From Candidatus Dormiibacterota bacterium (GTDB lineage Bacteria > Chloroflexota > Dormibacteria > Aeolococcales > Aeolococcaceae), in assembly GCA_036270565.1 (NCBI GenBank), contig DATBCJ010000090.1, positions 1 to 46,584 on the forward strand: a stretch of 46,584 nucleotides of DNA, in the 5' to 3' direction. A program made the position numbers and the translations under genes. The notes under the pieces were generated by a model. The model was not told the DNA's origin and made no database searches. It worked only from the letters and a program-made list of their open reading frames with translations. This document shows positions 44,308 to 46,584 of this stretch, piece after piece. Position 1 is the stretch's first letter; every line of letters begins with the position of its first letter.

Positions 44308-46377
44308 ATGGCTGCGATGCCGCAGCTCCAGCGCCTCTGGGGTCGCCTCGACTTCCCAGTGAAATTCGCGATGATCATGTCGGTCGCCGGTCTCCTCATC
44401 GCGTTCATCCCGCTGTCGCTCGCCAGCCAGCAGAACGGCAGCCAGGCCACCCAGCGCGCCACCGACAAGGCCGGCGTCGTCGTCAACCTGATCACCGGCC
44501 AGCAGAAGTCCCTGGCTGCGTTCGCGGCCGGGATGGCGCAGGAATTGGGGCCGGCGCTCACCGGCCACGACACGGCGGCACTGATGAGCACGCTGGTGCG
44601 CTATTCGCAGGTCAACACCACCTCCGACGTCGTCGGCGTCCACGGCTCGCTGGCCAACGGGGCGGTCACCGACGGCAGCGCGCTCTCGACCGGCGATCCC
44701 CTGTACACCGCGTTGACCCAGCCGGGCGCTCTCTCCCACAGCATCGTCGCCGGGCCCGACGGATCGCCCTGGTTGATCGGCGCCGGCACACTGCCCTCCA
44801 GCGACGAGACGGCATTCATCGCGCGCCCCATCAACGCCACGTTCATCCAGGACCTCGCCGGCACCATCACGACATCGGCGGACACCGCCGGCATCGCCAT
44901 CGTGCGCGACGGCAAGGTGGTCACCCAGGGCAGCTTCGTCCTCAACCAGGCGCTGGCGCCCGGTACGGTGGTCAGCCGTGACGTCCAGGTGGCTGTCGAC
45001 CAATCCTCCAACCCCGAGGTGGTCAACATCGGCGGCGAGAGCGCCGCCGTCGACGCACAACCGCTGGGCTCGGGCTTCGCGGTGCTGGTGACCACGCAGG
45101 TCTCACCCGTCGCCAGCCTGTGGCAGCCTGCCCTGCTTCTGCTGGCGCTGATCGTGCTGGCGATGTTCTTCATCGTCCTGGTGGTGCAGACCGACCTGCG
45201 CCGCCCGCTGCGCCGGCTCGACCGCGCCGTCGCTGCCATGGCACAGGAGGACTACGACACGCCGGTGCCGCATCCGGCGGGCGGAGAGATCGGGCGCCTC
45301 GCCTCGAGCTTCGAGGAGATGCGCCGTCAGATGCGCGCCACCATCGCCGGCACCAAGGCACGAGCAACCATCGCCAGCGAGCTCAACTCTCCGCAGCCAC
45401 TGGAGAAGGCACTGCACGAGGTGTGCGCGCAGCTGCGGCGCTCGGCGAGCGCCGACACCGCGTTCATCCTGGTCAGCGGCTCGGAGATGACCGACAGCTT
45501 CGCGGTCACCGAGGGCTCCGCGTTCGACGTCGACGTCAACGAGGTTCTCAGCGGCGAGGGACCGATCGGCACGGCACACCGCGACAGCGGGAGCGATGCG
45601 CTCATGGTCGGGGCTGCGTCGGAGAGCAGCGAGGCGCAGACGGGACTCCGCGAGTTCTGCGCGGCTCCGCTGCGCATGGGGCGCACCGTTCTGGGCGTTC
45701 TCGGCGTGGCCCGGGCGCGTGGCGGGTTCAGCAGCGGCGACGCGGCGCTGGTGGCCACCTCAGCCGAGCAGGTCGCCCTCGCACTGGAGCGCTATCGCTT
45801 CATCGCCATGGTGCAGCGCCAGGCCAGCATCGACGACCTCACCGGCCTCTACAACCACCGCTTCCTCGTCGACTACCTGGGCCAGCAGGTGGCGCTGGCG
45901 GAGCGGCTCAACACCCCGCTCGCCGTCCTGGTTCTCGACCTCGACCACTTCAAGAGGGTCAATGACACCCACGGTCACCCGGTCGGTGACGTGGTGCTCA
46001 CCGCGTTCGCCCACACGCTGACCAGCAGCATCCGGCGGGCCGACCTCGCGGCGCGGTACGGCGGCGAGGAGTTCATCGTGGTGATGTCGAACACCGCCGC
46101 CCCCGACGCGCGCCGCGTCGCCGAGAAGATCAGGTCGGCGGTGGAGGCGATGGTCGTACCCGTCGACAGTGGCGGCCAGGCGGTCGGCCTGACCGTCAGC
46201 GTCGGCGGCGCGGCCTACCCCAGCGACACCACCACCGCGCAGGAGCTGCTGGCGACCGCCGACGCCGCCCTCTACGATGCCAAGCACGGTGGTCGCAACC
46301 GCGTGCGCATGGCGGGAGACGGCGACGCCGAGATAGAGGTCCCCAGCGATGTCACCAGAGCCATTCCCACCGGTTGA
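44308..46377 (+). CDS. Membrane-bound diguanylate cyclase: TM, extracytoplasmic domain, TM, HAMP, GAF-like, GGDEF
   Basis: From the ATG at 44308 the protein starts [33 protein letters not shown]. The second TM is [18 protein letters not shown] and the HAMP region is [18 protein letters not shown]. The GGDEF domain has [18 protein letters not shown], the active site [10 protein letters not shown], and an RxxD I-site (RRAD) five residues upstream of GGEEF. Confidence 0.88.
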   Translation: MAAMPQLQRLWGRLDFPVKFAMIMSVAGLLIAFIPLSLASQQNGSQATQRATDKAGVVVNLITGQQKSLAAFAAGMAQELGPALTGHDTAALMSTLVRYSQVNTTSDVVGVHGSLANGAVTDGSALSTGDPLYTALTQPGALSHSIVAGPDGSPWLIGAGTLPSSDETAFIARPINATFIQDLAGTITTSADTAGIAIVRDGKVVTQGSFVLNQALAPGTVVSRDVQVAVDQSSNPEVVNIGGESAAVDAQPLGSGFAVLVTTQVSPVASLWQPALLLLALIVLAMFFIVLVVQTDLRRPLRRLDRAVAAMAQEDYDTPVPHPAGGEIGRLASSFEEMRRQMRATIAGTKARATIASELNSPQPLEKALHEVCAQLRRSASADTAFILVSGSEMTDSFAVTEGSAFDVDVNEVLSGEGPIGTAHRDSGSDALMVGAASESSEAQTGLREFCAAPLRMGRTVLGVLGVARARGGFSSGDAALVATSAEQVALALERYRFIAMVQRQASIDDLTGLYNHRFLVDYLGQQVALAERLNTPLAVLVLDLDHFKRVNDTHGHPVGDVVLTAFAHTLTSSIRRADLAARYGGEEFIVVMSNTAAPDARRVAEKIRSAVEAMVVPVDSGGQAVGLTVSVGGAAYPSDTTTAQELLATADAALYDAKHGGRNRVRMAGDGDAEIEVPSDVTRAIPTG

Positions 46378-46584
46378 CCTGCGCAGCGACACGTTCACAA
46401 CGCCCGACACGGAGATGCGTCGCGTCATGGCGGACGCGGAGGTGGGCGACGACGTGTGGGGCGAGGATCCCACGGTGCGACGCCTCGAGGAGGAGATGGC
46501 CGGTCGCCTGGGCAAGGAGGCCGCGGTGTTCGTGCCCAGCGGCACCATGGGCAACCTCGCATCACTGGCCGCGCAGACCCGCCC
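46349..46584 (+). CDS. ltaE: Low-specificity L-threonine aldolase, N-terminal part (runs off the window)
   Basis: I translated from the ATG at 46349: [73 protein letters not shown]. This is a classic beta-eliminating-lyase / threonine aldolase N-terminus. It overlaps the cyclase 3' end by 29 nt. Confidence 0.8.
   Translation, partial: MSPEPFPPVDLRSDTFTTPDTEMRRVMADAEVGDDVWGEDPTVRRLEEEMAGRLGKEAAVFVPSGTMGNLASLAAQTR

Overview
This is a very GC-rich 46.6 kb chromosomal segment. Third codon positions are almost always G or C, and GTG starts are frequent. I call about 44 protein-coding genes, mostly housekeeping, packed into co-directional blocks. I recognised no rRNA, tRNA, CRISPR array, transposase or integrase.

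Gene content, in order:
- a cytoplasmic histidine kinase (partial) and a UPF0104 'flippase-like' membrane protein
- class I fructose-bisphosphate aldolase
- DUF1232-rplI-dnaB
- an lprG-like lipoprotein, a P55-like MFS transporter and the CCA-adding enzyme
- csaA
- a seven-gene minus-strand block: tail-anchored protein, ArsA/Get3-like ATPase, small Arg-tailed protein, NUDIX, CaCA exchanger, SDR, TauE
- hom-thrC-thrB-ask-ychF
- a NarL-type two-component system
- a five-gene Opp/Dpp-type ABC importer followed by tldD-pmbA and a GT-C glycosyltransferase
- a thiolase, an orphan receiver and a small Cys/His-rich ORF
- metH and an isolated infA
- a GalE-like epimerase with a second UPF0104 protein
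- a HAMP-GAF-GGDEF diguanylate cyclase facing a tandem-repeat unknown protein
- the start of a threonine aldolase gene

Most worth following up:
1. The ArsA/Get3-like ATPase with an HSP20-like tail, flanked by a tail-anchored protein and a small basic protein.
2. A roughly 300 nt highly structured, repeat-rich intergenic region at 15791-16096.
3. A 139 bp element bounded by 25 bp inverted repeats that exactly fills the fda/dnaB convergent gap.
4. The ABC importer-TldD/PmbA-GT-C chain.
5. The diguanylate cyclase and its divergent unknown partner.
6. An infA whose conserved N-terminus is encoded upstream of the only ATG.

All family assignments come from motifs I read in the translations and from remembered family signatures. 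No database search was possible.
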